A stretch of DNA of 63,581 nt, filler included, from Choristocarpus tenellus KU-1152 (taxonomy: Eukaryota; Protista; Phaeophyceae), in the NCBI GenBank assembly GCA_964200185.2. It is 10 parts of 10 records of this genome, joined end to end, with 100 filler letters (N's around TTAATTAATTAA, not from the genome) between each part and the next. Parts side by side here need not be neighbours in the genome. Positions count along the whole stretch, not along the records: positions 1 to 20,372 come from CAXNAD020000400.1; positions 20,473 to 24,969 come from CAXNAD020014289.1; 8 more parts are not named here. One strand, written 5' to 3'. Positions 1 to 24,601 of this stretch are shown here, piece after piece. Position 1 is the stretch's first letter. Every line of letters starts with the position of its first letter. Below the pieces are notes generated by a model. That model saw nothing but the letters and a program-made list of their open reading frames with translations. It was not told the DNA's origin and ran no database searches. The position numbers were made by a program, and so were the translations under genes.

Positions 1-26
1 CCCCCCACCCCCAGATACTTTGGGTC
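1..26. mobile_element. Terminal fragment of a family B/C MITE
   Basis: CCCCCAGATACTTTGGGTC TIR at the start of the window. Confidence 0.7.
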
Positions 27-1039
27 TAATTGGAAAGCTGCTTTGTCCACTTGCTACTTGTATCGATTTTGAGGTATTTGTCTCTTGCGAACTTTTGTTG
101 TGACTGGTTGACTGACAAGGAACTATGGATAGCAATTTTTGCTACAAATAAAGTTAGTGTAAGAACACAATTCTTCGCAGTAGTCCACATCAACATGACA
201 TTGCAAGCTGTGCATTTCACTTCCAACTAGGAACTGAACACACCTTTCTGATGATTGCAACCATTCAACTGTGTCTAGTTCGTAAAAAAGTGGTAACATA
301 TAATAATAATATTAGTAAATAACATCAGAAAGTTGTTGCAACAATTTGAGGTCCCTCTACCGTTAGAAATGAGTAAAAACTCTCAATTCCCCTTGTTTTA
401 CTGGCTGTTTGCTGAAGAAGTTACATCCTGTGGAGTACAAAGTATATAATTTGAATGTATCATTTTTATTGCATTTAATGTTCTCGGCATTGACATAATT
501 AGAAGGTTTTCACATCATGTACACCACTGCTCAATCAGTCTTCTGGAACTTGATGGGCAGTCCAGCCACTTGGCACTTGCTGCATTACTGTGTGCAGGGA
601 GATTCTTGTGTTTGGGGCTCATGAACCAGTGTGCACAGAGCTCTGTCTGGAGAGAGTGCTAGCATGACTGTGCACAATAAGGATTTTACTGGGTGTTGGA
701 AAGGTATGCCGTGTGATCCAATAGTGTAGAAGAAGACTACTGTAATAGTACATGATAGACATTAACTTACATGCTTGTTTGACTCCTTCCCCAACCAGTG
801 ATACATTGGTTGTTAATTGATCGTTGACATTTATATAATGACATTTCGAACGTAAAACAATAATGCGACATCGAGGAATGATATCAGGGGGTTCTGGTGG
901 TGGTGCAATGTAAATTCGCCAAGTTTAAGTTACTATCCCTGTAGTAAGATGGGAATAAATTAAGAAAAATAATAAAGCCATTAAGAAATAAAAATACCAC
1001 ACTAAACTATTGAGAGAGACAGTTGCCAGCTCTTGCCCA

Positions 1040-1141
1040 CAAAAAGAGTAAGAATATTCAATGAATCATGTACAAAAAGAGTAAAAATATTCAATGAATC
1101 ATGTACAAAAAGAGTAAGAATATTCAATGAATCATGTACAA
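1040..1141. repeat. 33-bp tandem repeat, 3 copies
   Basis: Unit CAAAAAGAGTAAGAATATTCAATGAATCATGTA repeated head-to-tail with no spacers. Confidence 0.9.
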
Positions 1142-3040
1142 CGGACCTCTGATTTCAACAAATAAGTGAGTGCCAGATCTCAACAACTGCAAGCACTTAA
1201 GGCACTTAATCTCTGCAGTAGGTTGGTCCCTCAAATCAAGTGTATGTGGGTGTTGATAAAAGTCAATGAAGGAAGATTTGAGGAAGAATATACTCAGTAC
1301 CAGAAGTATCCTACCCATAGTCTGATTTCCCTCACAAGAAGCCATAAAGCTAGCCATGCAAGAAACTCAATAAAATAGAGGAATATTTGAAAGAGATTAA
1401 CCTTGAACCTAAAGTAAAACTGTGGTAGAAGGCGGGATAGATCCATTTTACTGGTAAGATAAGATGGAAATACAATTAACTGATAATTTAAACAAAGCAA
1501 ACAGTCTAAAACAACAAATGTGGCATACTAAGTACAGTGCTGTTATTAGAGAGGAAGGAGCCAAAATATAATATATTCAAGGTGCACAATATAGTTGAGG
1601 ACACCAACACTAACATGATGGCGTATCAAGTGTAGAGAGAAGCAGTATAAAGGCCAGCACAAACCATCAGAACGTTTTAATAGCTGGTCACACAGCGTAG
1701 AAGTGGTTAAATAAAAGGTATTATCTACAGCCTTAATCACAGTTTCAGATGGTTGATGGGTAATAACACAGTATAATACAGTATACAGTAGGGGCTACCT
1801 AAAAGATACTGTGCACAACCTCAATCATGGTGTTGGAATGTTGCTGAATAGGGACAGGTGAGGAGAGGAGGGCATTTGGGACAATGAAGTAGCTGGTATT
1901 ATTAAGATTGAAGGAGGTCAAGTCTATCGCTATACTACTAGGATGTATGTATTTTATGATCTCACACCTTAACCAGCACCAGATCTACGATGATTACATT
2001 ACAGAAAAACATTGGAGGGTGGGAAGTGGCATGTCCCGCACATGAAAAACAAAAAGAAACAAAAAGGGCTTTGGCATAACATGCAGAAACCTACTGACAG
2101 TCCTAAGCCATGACCCTTTTTGTATAAATCACTCATCATACTGTTAAATTTTGATTTCATCTCATTTTAGTCATTAATATTGACTACTACTTTGTACAAA
2201 AATGCATCAATGTAGACTGCCGAATGGAGCATGCACCACTATGCAATAAAGTGGATTGGCATTCCCAATAAAGTTCCACTGGTTGGTACTTTGTGAGCCC
2301 TGAGGGATGGATTAGACAAGGGTTCTATTTGATGCGAACAAACTTTGCTCGTGATGGAGCCACAACCATTACCTGCCTAGAAAAGACAAGTTTGTAAGAA
2401 ATCTGTAGCTGTAAATGCAGAACATCAACATTCTTGTTCATGCCTGGTACTATTATATTACTGTTAACATCAGCAATGAACCAAGACAAAGTAAGAAGCA
2501 TTCAAGTTTGACCTACTATCTTTTGTACCTTGTCATGATCCTTGATAGAAGTGGAGCAATAAAAGGATCAGAGTAGGATGAAGATAGTATTGAGGGAAAG
2601 GTTATAATATAATATCAGCAATATCAGTACACACCACTCGTTATAAATACACAATGAAGGCAACTTTCCACTTACAGGAAGGTGAAAACAATTCAGTACT
2701 TATAGAACGTAGAGATCTGACCTAAATCTTGACAATCAAAATATAGTAATCAAAGAGGGTAGGTTGTAGTGAATGGGGAGGTACTTGAGGTCTTTTCCAT
2801 TCATGTCTCTTCCATTCATGTGTGTGCTGGACTATGTACAAGACAAATTTGGCAATCATCCACAAATAAATACTATCACATATCAGGCCCTACTAATGCT
2901 AAATGAACAAGCCTCTTATGAGATGGGCAACAACATTGGTGACAAGATTGAAGAATAAGGAGAGTGCTGTGAATGAGAGGCAAGCTGCAAAGGCTGAGGC
3001 ATTGATAGCTCCAACGATATTCAACGTAACTCAGTAGCAT

Positions 3041-3260
3041 AATAGCACACAATGGCACACAATAGTACATAATAGTACATAATAGCACACAATAGTACAC
3101 AATAGTACATAATAGTACACAATAGCACACAGTAGTACATAATAGCACACAGTAGTACATAATAGCACACGGTAGTACATAATAGCACACGGTAGTACAT
3201 AATAGCACACGGTAGTACATAATAGCACACAATAGTACATAATAGCACACAAAAGTACAT
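3041..3260. repeat. 10-bp minisatellite (AATAGYACAY) with 20-bp higher-order alternation
   Basis: About 22 consecutive units aatagcacac/aatagtacat/ggtagtacat. Confidence 0.95.
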
Positions 3261-3566
3261 AAAGCCATAGGCATGTCTTTACACGCAAAAGTGACAAACC
3301 AAGCAGTTAATTAAGTAACCATAGTAACCTATCTGGTTTGGGCACATCATATCAATACAACCTAACCTAATCCCTGGAAGAGTATGAAAAAGCTACATAT
3401 ACAAAAATAGCAACTTGTTAGTGTTGCTAAAGTGGAGATGTACAAACTAAAGAGTATAGACTAACGAGTATAGACTAAAGAGTATAGATGTTTCTCATTA
3501 ATTGTTTCTCGGAGGATGTTTTCTCATAGGGTCATATTACACAAAAATATTGCAATTTGTTTCTTG

Positions 3567-6500
3567 TTATAACTCAAATGAATCTCTAGCCCATGCTGCA
3601 CGGGTAGCCTTGGTGTCAAGCAAAAGACCACCCTCCTCTTCCTGTGGCTTAAGCTTAGCCTTCATGCTTGCTAGAAAACGTACAACTTCCCCATCATCAG
3701 CAAAAGCAAGTTCTTCCTGAAGAGCAACGGCATAGCAGCAACACCACCATTATTGAACATTATTGATGCTACTAATAGTGTTACCAATATATCTGTCAAT
3801 GTCAATATGTATATACTTATTGAGGATAGGTTCATTATGTACCAGACTACATTGAGGCACAACCACACACTAAAAAAAAGTGTCATGACTTGAAAAAATC
3901 TACTTTAATTCTCTGTACAATTTGATCAAGTAAGGGATTTACTAGGTCATCACAAGAAGCAAGTCACATGAGTTAGTTATTTGCATAGCTAGTTTAGTAC
4001 CTGAATGAAACGTACTGGAAGTGATGGTGAGTAAGCTTTGACCATAGCCTTTATTCCATTCTTGCGAAAACGCTGAACCAAATAGTCCATCAAATACCTG
4101 CACAAAAGATTATTTTCTGTGTTACAGCAGACAGTATTCTTTCAAGAGGAATGGTCTCGGAAATGGCCTTAACATGATAGTGTTAGTTGAAAAGTCAACA
4201 AGTAGCAAGTAGAGAGAGAGAGAGAGGTCAAAACACCACACAAGACACTTACCTCAACATCTCAAGGCGGTACATCTCAAGGTGGCACACATAACAATGG
4301 CCAAGCTATCTATCATAGACCCTGGAATACTAATACTATTTCCCAAGCGCAGGCAAGTGTTATGCGCTGTTAAGGAAATAGTATTGAAATAGTATTGAAA
4401 AGAGGACATTCTCTTCAACAGGCATAACCACATGAACACATGGGATACTGGCATGCAGTGTGCTACTACAACCACTACAACTACTACAACTGCTACAATA
4501 CGTGAGTTAGTTTTAAAGAGGACCCTTTTAGTCACCATGTAACCACAAACTTCACTTGTTCCTCTGACTAAGGGATGGCAGCATGCATATCATGACAGGG
4601 ATCACACTATAAAAATGACACTACTGCAAACAAACTAGTAATCCCACATATACTGTTAACTTACTATATCTTGAGTCATTACTCAAGTCATAGCATAATT
4701 CCAAGAAACCAAAACCAACATAAAATATTGACTGTAAAATATGACTACAACAAATGCAATTGCATGAAAGAATGAGCATCAAAGAACAGAGTCAAAGTCT
4801 AACACACTCGATAAAATTCAGCATGGATCTTCAACAGATCCTTTGGTAAGGATTGGCTCACCCACTCATGTTTGGAGCATCATTGTACAGCTTGAAGAAG
4901 CTATGGTAATTGGATGCATGGCATGCACTCACTACCTCAAGGGCATGTTTCACAGCCTCGCCCTTCTTCTCTAACGGTGTCAGGACAGCCATAGTCGAAT
5001 TAACCTCCCTTCAAATGGAACACACACACACAGATAGGGGTCACAACACAGTCAACATAGATAGACCCATCACCCAAAGTCAGTGAGTGATGAACCCAAG
5101 GTTGAGAGTAATGGTCTCAGAAAGGTTTGGGTTAGAGCAACCGTGTTCTTTACTATGCCCTCTTGCAATAATTGCCTTCCTACATAAAGTATGGTACATA
5201 CTGTAGCCATAAACATCAAGGTATTCTTGCTCTGTAAAAAAAAAATCATATTAGTACACAGACAGAACAATTGCTAACAAAAATTGCACTATGAGGTATT
5301 TAACTGCTTACAATTTTTTTTAAAGCACAATATGCCACAATATGGTGTCACAGTTTGTACAATGCCATATGGTGTGCAGTGGCAAGTGTCTTTAGTATCT
5401 GGAGTACATGAGGACATGGCAAGGATACACAGTAAGAAATATAAAGAACAATATACTAGATTGTAGGATATGATTTGACCATACTCAATGTACCACTGAG
5501 TGCAACCCTCGCCAAGCAATGCTGTACATCTACATCTACATCTACAATACCTGATCAATGTCTGAGAAGAGACAAGGGAAGGGGGGGATAAAGCAACAAA
5601 CAACCAACAGCCAGGAAGGGCAGACCAAGTCAACCGCGACACTAGTGCAATGCAAGTGGGATGAAGGTAAGCTGTGTCTTCTATCTTCAGCCCCTAAGTG
5701 TTGACTTCCTCTATCTTGCCTGAAGTTATGTCGATACAAGGAGTAAAGGATTCTGTAGGCAGTGAACTCATCCTTAGCCACTTCAACTCCCCTAAGGGAC
5801 AGTTCTCTCAGCCGTGACTGACATTGAGTATATTCATTCATATCTCCATGCTCAAGGGCAATTCGTCCATGAGTTTGGTAAACATCCACCGTAAGCCTGT
5901 ACGTAACAGGTAATAACAGATAATAACAGGTAAAGCATTCCATGGTTGCGCTAAGACTCTGAATTGTTCAAAGTACTTCTACACAGGGTTCAATAATCAG
6001 GAAACCTGGGCTCTTCCACACTCAAACGAAAAATACGGAAATTGACATTTCAACAGCAGTTTTGTGCTTTGAAGTACATCATATGTGCAAGAGACGTGAA
6101 AGTGCCATACCTATATCCAGATGTATTTGCCTGGTCAGATTAGGCAGATGTACACATAAATCTGCAATCTTAAAATATTCAAAGCACTAACTGATTGGTT
6201 GGGTCAAACTCACTGATCCTCTATTCCTTGGACAGTCAGGTCTTGGCGGATGGCCTTGAGCTGATCACAGGCAAAGTCATAGTCTTCATTGCTGGCCCAA
6301 TGCTGTTTCACATGTTTCACTGATTTCTACAGGGAGCATACACGCCACACACGAAACACAAGGAAGGGAGTTTACACTTCTTTATATAGTGGAAACAAAG
6401 AAGGAAAGCTGTACGTCTGAAGGCACACAGGACACAACACCTGAAGTCCCTCAGGAACAAGGTGATGTGTCATTTGACCTTTTTGTGTAATCAATGCGCC

Positions 6501-7660
6501 ATCCAGTTTCCCTTCATCTGATCCATGATTGATTAGAAGATATTACACCTTTACTATCATGGAGATGGCCCATAGAATCGACATTTTGGATGAGATCTCA
6601 ACGATCTAGCAACCTCGATCTACTCGCGAAAAATTGCTCCCATACCTGTTGAGTCTGTGGACCACACATACTACTCACCCACAAAATATTTGGAGGGCGA
6701 ACATTGGCTGGATCTGGTGCTGAGGTGAGGCGAAAGTAACTCTTCTCCACCGCCTTGGAGAAACCTTTGATAAGTGCGCTAGAACTGTGCCCTTCTAAAC
6801 CCTTTCTGCCTAGGCAAGCAGCCCCCGCCAGGGCCTCCCTCGAACGCTTCTTCGAGGCCGGCGACTACATGGTGTGTTTAAGCAGCAGGGTGGGATTCGA
6901 TGCAACAAAAAAATGAGCAGACATGCTAACCGTGCAATATAAAACCTAGAAATACTTAAAGTCTCACAGGCATTCCAGGAGAGTGGGACGAGGAAGAGGG
7001 AGAATTGTGTTTTCACCTGTTTAACCACTTGTGTAGACATTGATCCCCCCTCGAGATGTTCTGCAAAACGAGCAGCATTACTGGAAGAATCAAAACAGTG
7101 CGATAGTTGGGCGGAGAAAGAAAGGTGGTGGAAATGAGATCAAGTTTGATGAAATGGAGGATAGCATCTTCTGAAGGCTGGCATTGACATTGCAACGAAT
7201 CCCAATATAGCGCGATGAGATGGACCCTTGTCTACAATAGTCTCAGGACAGATTTATCAATTCACAGCTCTCTGCTCACTCTTCTTTCCAAAATCTACTT
7301 TGCAGACGTCATTGAATATCAGAGAGATTCGCTCTGACAACACTGAACGGTATCCATGTTGCTTTGACTCGATGTTCAACATCGCTGCCGCCAGGCACTA
7401 AACGCGGTCGTAGTTCAGAATTGATGATAAGGTCGATTCGTTTTCTCTTCTAATTTAACACAAAAGTCCAACGTTGATGTTGCAAAACCATCTTGAGTAT
7501 CTTGCACACCCCACATCACATCCAAATCTTGTTGTTGTTGGTCCGTTTCTATTACTTACCGTGTCCTCCTTTGCTCTACATCGGATACTCCAAGCTCCAC
7601 CTTCTCGCTTAAAGGCTTCTTAGAACTCTTCATCACCTTTTTGCCTACCTGGTCTGTCAT
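3567..7660 (-). CDS. SAC3/GANP/THP3 (LENG8-like) PCI-domain protein, 8 exons, ~344 aa. Exons: 7660-7560, 7080-7017, 6864-6679, 6326-6214, 5896-5720, 5008-4862, 4097-4001, 3716-3567
   Basis: The spliced translation carries family motifs [91 protein letters not shown]. All intron phases are consistent. Introns are GT-AG except one GC-AG (donor at 5719). There is an in-frame stop upstream of ATG 7660 and TAA at 3569-3567. Confidence 0.85.
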
Positions 7661-7925
7661 GTGTGGGTGATTGCGTCCCTGTCTAACCTTACATGTTCCT
7701 TACTTCCCTATCCTTAGCATGGGGTTTCCACACCTTGGAAGAAAGCTATTTTGTGTGAAACGACGATGCCTATGACGCCTTAGAGCACACCACCATATAT
7801 CTGGTTTGCCGCATCGCGGCAGTGGTACTGTTAATTCCATTCCACACTTGTGTATGATACTTCCCATCCCTGCCCTGACTAGAAACGAGCTACCGTGAAG
7901 AAGCGGGAAGCACTAGTGCCTTGAG
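7661..7925. promoter_or_regulatory. Putative bidirectional promoter between the THP3-like gene and PDS
   Basis: The two divergent start codons are only 265 bp apart, inside a CpG-rich zone (~6600-8500). Confidence 0.5.
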
Positions 7926-18440
<10,515 letters not shown>

Positions 18441-20372
18441 ATGAATAGTTTAACTCCACACACTTTAGCAAGGATACAAGGCAGGAGCATTAGGGGAGAC
18501 TGACTCCATGTGCATAGTCAGATGTCATACCACACCATACCAGTGTCGTTAGAGTTTTTGTTGGGAGCTGCACCACTCCACTTTGTCCAACATTGTGAGT
18601 CATTAGAATTGAATTGTTATCATCACTTTTTCCAGAAAGAAGTGAGATTGTTTTGCAATCTGTGCCTACCATGGTTTGAGACAACCTCCTAAGTTTCTGA
18701 ACCCATTGAGAATTGACAGTTGGAGTGCATTGCTCATTAACAGCCAATGCTGGTACTCTTGATGCTGAGCATGCAACAAAAACTGGGGATTTCACGTTTT
18801 GAGAAGTTTCCATCCCAGTTTAATGTGTTCAGACCACCTCTTGTCCCTATATTTTTTCCATCTTAAAAAAAAATTGCACTATGACTCTTTTTTTTTTTAA
18901 CAGGTTTGAAAAATAACAATAATTGACATCTTTTCTGTGGTTTACATGCTGACTCACCTATTGGTGTACAAGAATACCACTTGATTTTTTTTATTACAAT
19001 TAGTACAAGAGGGATCCATCAAGAAAGGTCATGTATATAGATCTCATCAGAAATGGTTTCAAAAAGGAAACTACCAATACCAAGGGAGATACGTGCATGC
19101 ATCCAGTCCATAAGCTATGATATCAAGATCCCAAGAAGGACATTAATTGTCCTGAGCGGGCACTGGTGTGGTGGTGTGGACGGCAGCATCCTCTCTGGCA
19201 TGACCTCTTGAGTCAATGTCGATTTGCATGACCGTTAGCCTGTTGCCAATGAAATATATACTATTTTCAAATTTAACATGCATGTGTGTACATATCGCTG
19301 AACATCAAGGATTTTCAGAATGGAAGAGTCTGCAAGAGCCATACATACGGGTGAGAAGGTAACCAATGGATTTCAACCTTTGGCTTCAATGTTGATACTC
19401 AATCACACTACTGGCCAAGGCATTTTTTTAAGACCATTCTGAACACTTTTTGTGTTTTTTGTGAGGATCCATACCTGACAGCGGCAGTGTACAGAAAATC
19501 GATCTAATGTTTTTTGGCAAGTTGTTGGGTTGAAACAAAAAATTTCAGTACATCTTATTTTTTGGGGTACAGGGTATATTTCCAATTCTAAGGAAATATA
19601 TGATACATGTTTAAATAGAAAAAAACTTCTTCCTGTATATAGTGCACATACACATATACAGTGTGAATAAAGAACATACTACAAGAATACGTATGACAGG
19701 CATTCTCGTATTGGTTGGAAGGGATACACTTGTAACCATACAGATAGTGATGGTTACGTGTTTTACGCCATATTGTGAATAGAGTTGTAGTGATTGTATC
19801 ACTATGGGTAGATTATGAGTACCAGGTTATCAAAATCGAAAATTGAGTGTAAAATTGATTGTAAAGTTTCAATTGTTTTTTCGCTCACTCTTACAAAAGC
19901 TGCATGTTCCGCTCTTGGAGTCCCACATTACTAGGTGTTTTGTACTTGCTTTGATGATAATGATAATAATATACTGTGGAGTAGTACTCCATACACACAA
20001 CATTTTTTTTTTCTAGTTGATTGAAATTGTAGTCATCAATAATGTGATAATGATAATGAAGAACGCATTCGATTCACAGCACTAGCAATGACCCTAACTG
20101 TGCTTGGCGGATCATGGTCATCAATACGTCATGCCTGGCATATTATAGGTTTTCTAGGAGGAATCAAATTTTCACCAGGTAGTACACTATTTATCTTGCG
20201 GAAGGAACTCTTCAATCATTCAATCATCATCTACACACATAACAGCCGATTTCAAAAATTGAGGATGGAGCTTTTCATTGAGGACGGGCTTGACCCAAAA
20301 TTGATAACAGCCGATTTCAAAAATTGAGGATGGAGCTTTTCATTGAGGACGGGCTTGACCCAAAATTGACTG

Positions 20373-20472
20373 NNNNNNNNNNNNNNNNNNNNNNNNNNNN
20401 NNNNNNNNNNNNNNNNTTAATTAATTAANNNNNNNNNNNNNNNNNNNNNNNNNNNNNNNNNNNNNNNNNNNN
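20373..20472. other. Artificial contig spacer N44-TTAATTAATTAA-N44. The same spacer occurs at 24970-25069, 29028-29127, 34258-34357, 41360-41459, 44264-44363, 46929-47028, 56390-56489, 60865-60964
   Basis: Identical 100-bp construct with stop codons in all six frames, present nine times. Confidence 0.97.
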
Positions 20473-21000
20473 AAAAAAAAAAAAAAAAAGGCAGGGAAAA
20501 AAAATAGGGAAAATTTTACCAACCCCCTCCCCCCCCCCCCCCCCCCCCAGTCCTCCGAATCATCGATTTTTCGTATCCTGTTTCCCCAACTCCAGTCAAA
20601 CTATCAATATCCCAGTACCATTGCCCAGTACATCAACATATGCCAATACTATCTCACAGTACAAGATAAGGTGACTCCAACACAAACAAACTTTGGGATC
20701 AAGAAAGGTCCAGGAACCAGGAATCTAGGACCCTAAGCGGGGAGATAGGTGGTCTCTAGGAAATAGGAAGTAGGAAGTATCCATTCAACCAACAAGAAGC
20801 TCACACCAAAGACCATCGCGTGGTGATTATTTATTATTTAGTCCAGGGTACAACACACCCGGGTATACCTGCTGCTCGTGAGGGGTCCTGCTCACACAAA
20901 AATTAACCTCACACTTTGAAGGGTGGATAGGGAGGGAGGGAGGTTGGTCTATTGGTCGATTGGTCCGGATTCTCAGTTCCTGGGCTCTCTTTTGGTGGTA

Positions 21001-24000
21001 CTATGAAGGGCTGTAAGGGTTAGGGGAGAGGAGGAAATGAATGTGAATGTGTCCTCACATGAACTTCCATAGCCCGCTTGTACCAGGCTACGATGTCCTC
21101 CATAACTAGCTCAGGAGATTGCTGCAAAACCTGAAAGAAAAGGAGTGTGTGTGTGTGTGTGTATGATTCAGCTTTAAACATGATTTAGATGGTTCATGAC
21201 GTTTTTACAAAAAAAACAAAAGAGGAAAAAAATTGGAGGGAGCTATAAATTAAAAAAATAAAAGATTCCACCCAAACACTAATATGGTATTTCATAAAGG
21301 AGCAATGCGATCTCTCTACCTCACTCTTTCCATATTAATAATAAGATAATAATGAGATAGTACTAATAAGATACTAATTATAATAATAAGAAGAATGATT
21401 GCGACCCAACTGGGATGTGCTAGAAAAAGATGTGCCACAAGAGAGGACACACACACACACGCACACACACATAAACATACAAAGCACAATCACAACACAA
21501 TAAAGGGTACAAGCGTACCTTTTCTCTGCCCTTAGCCCCCATCGAACAACATAAATCCCGTTCATCCCTCAGACGTGCCAGTAGCCTTGCTCCCTCAGCC
21601 AGATTGCCAGCATCAAAAAGAAAACCATCCACCTGTAAAAAAAAAGAGAAGACAAAACAGAAAATAATAATAATAATAAAAATAAAACAAAACACAAACA
21701 GTACAACAACAACATTCAAGTGAAGCGATACAAGACTTGAAGGAACTGCAGTTTCTGGGGCAGGTTTTATTTTATTTCTTTCCCAATTTTTCTTTTTTTT
21801 ATTTTCCCAGCGAGATGGGAAAACCTTCAAATGTAAAACGAACCCACATCACCCACCAACTGCCACAAGCCAATACCCTTAGGGGGGGGGGAGGNNNNNN
21901 NNNNAAACCCACAGCACCAACAAGCTACAAAAAGCAAATGCCCTAGGGGGGGGGGGGAGGGCGGTGGGGGGGGTGAGGTGGTGGCAGTTGGTATAAAGAA
22001 GGGACACACACATAAAGAAGGGACACACCTTGTCTGTTACAGTGTCAACAAAACCTTGTGCTCTTGGGACCAACACTGGGGTGCTGCAAGCGTGTGCCTC
22101 CGGAACTGAGAGAGGAGAGGGTTCGCAGACATGGAAGGCGTCATTCAATCAAGACAGCAAAAGGTACTTGACCTGGTCAGATCGTGATGTGTCAGATCTG
22201 TAACATACTCTAGGGTTAATAAACAATATTATGCATTCATGCATCATTGCATCAAATCGTTCCAAAACTGACAAAAAAAAAAACTTTACAAAAAACAGTT
22301 CAATGACAAAATAACTCAAAACAGAATAGTTTCTGTGCAATTTACCTCGGGAGGTAATGCTATCTTATCAGCAGCGAAGACATGAAGGCATGGAGCCTCA
22401 CACGGTTCCCCATTGCCGAGCACGATTGCATGGTTTAAATTAGAAGAGGGGCCTTGTCAATGGCCTTCTTATTGCTTGTTTTATTATTATTATTATTTTG
22501 GTGCCTCATACAGTAAGTCAACGGTTATGTCAAGAGTAGTTGAACGCAGAACCAAACCCATAAATAATCCCCATACATAATCCGGATGTATTATCTCATT
22601 AGTTACATCACATGGAGTCAATCCAATGCCACAATCTCTCACATACACAAAATAGGGTACACCTTAGGATTTGTCCTATTTTGCACAGTTTTGACGACTG
22701 TGGATATCGAAAGGCTGCTTGATAAATAAAATAACGGGGGGGGGGGGGTTGCACTCGGGGGCAAAGCAAGAAGAGCAACCGCTAATGTAAATGTAGCGGT
22801 CTATGAACAGGGACCCTAACCCTGAGAACAAGACACGGGAACATCTCGTAAAATAAAATAAAACAAAATAAGATTTTATCGTTCTTAATTGTTACAGCTC
22901 CACACGAAATTGCACACCCGCACAGTATATTTTTTTTAGTGTACCACTTAATACTTCTAGGAAAGAAAAAAAATGTCATCATACAGAAGCATAGATATAT
23001 ATGCGTGCACCATCTTCTATTAAAACAGAAAACATTTTCAGCTTTCGGCACCCACCCACCAGTGTTACCCACCAGTGTTCCCCAGCGTCTCAAAGGTAGA
23101 GCACGATACATGGACATCAGCTGATGCATAGATGCGTGGCAGGGCATCGTGGGCAAGGAAGGCAGGCCGGCAATATACATCTCCCTGATATTATTGGATG
23201 GCGTCATCACCATTGGGTAAGGGTTAGGGTTAGGGGTTGTAAAATTTTGATGGGCGTCACTTTTCTTTTTCTTCCAGGATTCGGACTCTCTATGGTCTCT
23301 ATCCTTTTACTTAAGAGATGGAGATTAGCAGGTACAACCAGAACCTTTCGGTTGGTTGGGTAATTGGATTGACACATGGACCAACAAACACACCTCAAAC
23401 TACACCAGATACAAAGAGTGCTTGGATTGAATAAAATCCTTAAGTGACTCCAGGGCAGTGGTCACAAGTACGCTTATCTCCAAAGTAAAAAACAATGAAA
23501 GCCTGTCTGAACAACTACAGGGCCTTGGGGTGTCTTGAGTTGAATATATTCCTGCACTCCATCAAAAGAATCAACACAGTCAAAAACTCTCATCTAACAA
23601 AGTTCCACCTACCAACATCTTTCCATGTCATCTGTTGCCTTTTCAAGATACAAAAAATATATAAGTTAATCCACACCGTAACCTTTTTTTTTGGACAACT
23701 TACATATTAAAACACCCCCCAAAAATTATTTTTTTTAATGTCTACATAATAAAACACGACTCTTCCCCTCCCCCCGCAAAAAAATGATAGAAACAATATA
23801 AATATATATATATATATATTTTTTTAATAACACATTGAGATGATGAATCACAACCCCCTAAGAAATTCAGAACTTTTGAAAGAAGAAAATACTTGAAGCG
23901 AGATCTCGAGCGATTTGATTGGTTGCAACTCTTCTGCACGTCATCAGCCTGTCTAGGGAGACAAAAAGAGTTTCACCAAAACAAAACCTGGACTAAAAAA

Positions 24001-24601
24001 AAAAACTTTCATGTAAAATTAAAAAATAATATACATACATATATAAATATATGTATTTATTTATTTTTTCTTCTTCTTCTTCTCACTCTGTCCTCAGCAG
24101 CCCCAGCCCCAGCTCCAGCCCCCCCTTGTTGCTGCCCCTTCAGTTGCCCGTCCTCATGCAAGAGCCGCTCTCTCTCCCTACTCCTCTGGCCATGACGTGC
24201 TGCACAGGCAGCTCCCACCGGCCCATCTCCAATGAGTGCCAAGTAGACATTGTCCACACTGCGACACATGGTGAGCAACTTATCCAAGCGCTACTTAACC
24301 ACATTAACCCAATTTAACCACAATTAACAACAGCAACAATGCAGGAAAAAAAAAGTCTGTGGGGGTAAGTCTGCAAACTAACAACTCAGGACAAAAAATA
24401 TATATGTATCACAGAGTTTCAGCGTACAGACAATTGTGGTTTGAGGGGAGAGGACACTGACAGGGAGGGAGGGGGGAGATCCATCCATCCTAGATGCACT
24501 GCAAGGAGAAACTCACCTTTTCGGGTGCCAGTCTCCCCACATAGACCACCAGGAGACCATCAGGGTTCCCAAATGTCAGCTGATTCCTCACCTCCAAGCT
24601 C
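21001..24601 (-). CDS. Partial GT4-family glycosyltransferase, SQD2 (sulfoquinovosyltransferase)-like, C-terminal half. Exons: 24601-24517, 24290-24087, 23184-23073, 22105-22029, 21632-21519, 21130-(21059 or stop at 21001)
   Basis: The spliced translation reads VRNQLTFGNPDGLLVVYVGRLAPEK...LALIGDGP...IYASADVHVSCSTFETLGNTVPEAHACSTPVLVP...VDGFLFD...MGAKGRE, with the GT4 EX7E motif. GT-AG sites and phases are consistent. The 5' part is lost at the contig end. Confidence 0.75.

Noticed and set aside
1040-1141. 33-bp direct repeats of CRISPR-like length
   Set aside because: There are no spacers and no cas genes; it is a plain tandem repeat in eukaryotic DNA.
2876-3297. Cys/Tyr/Val-rich ORFs in three frames
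   Set aside because: They are translations of the 10-bp minisatellite.
19145-19590. Possible last exons of a convergent minus-strand gene
   Set aside because: The phases do not join into a convincing protein and no motif is recognisable.
20239-20368. Perfect 65-bp tandem duplication
   Set aside because: It sits at the contig end; an assembly artefact or a collapsed satellite cannot be excluded.
20417-20428. Recurring palindrome TTAATTAATTAA
   Set aside because: It is an artificial six-frame stop linker, not biological.
23055-23080. 13-bp duplication of a splice donor in the GT4 gene
   Set aside because: The alternative donor would shift the frame; it is probably neutral slippage.
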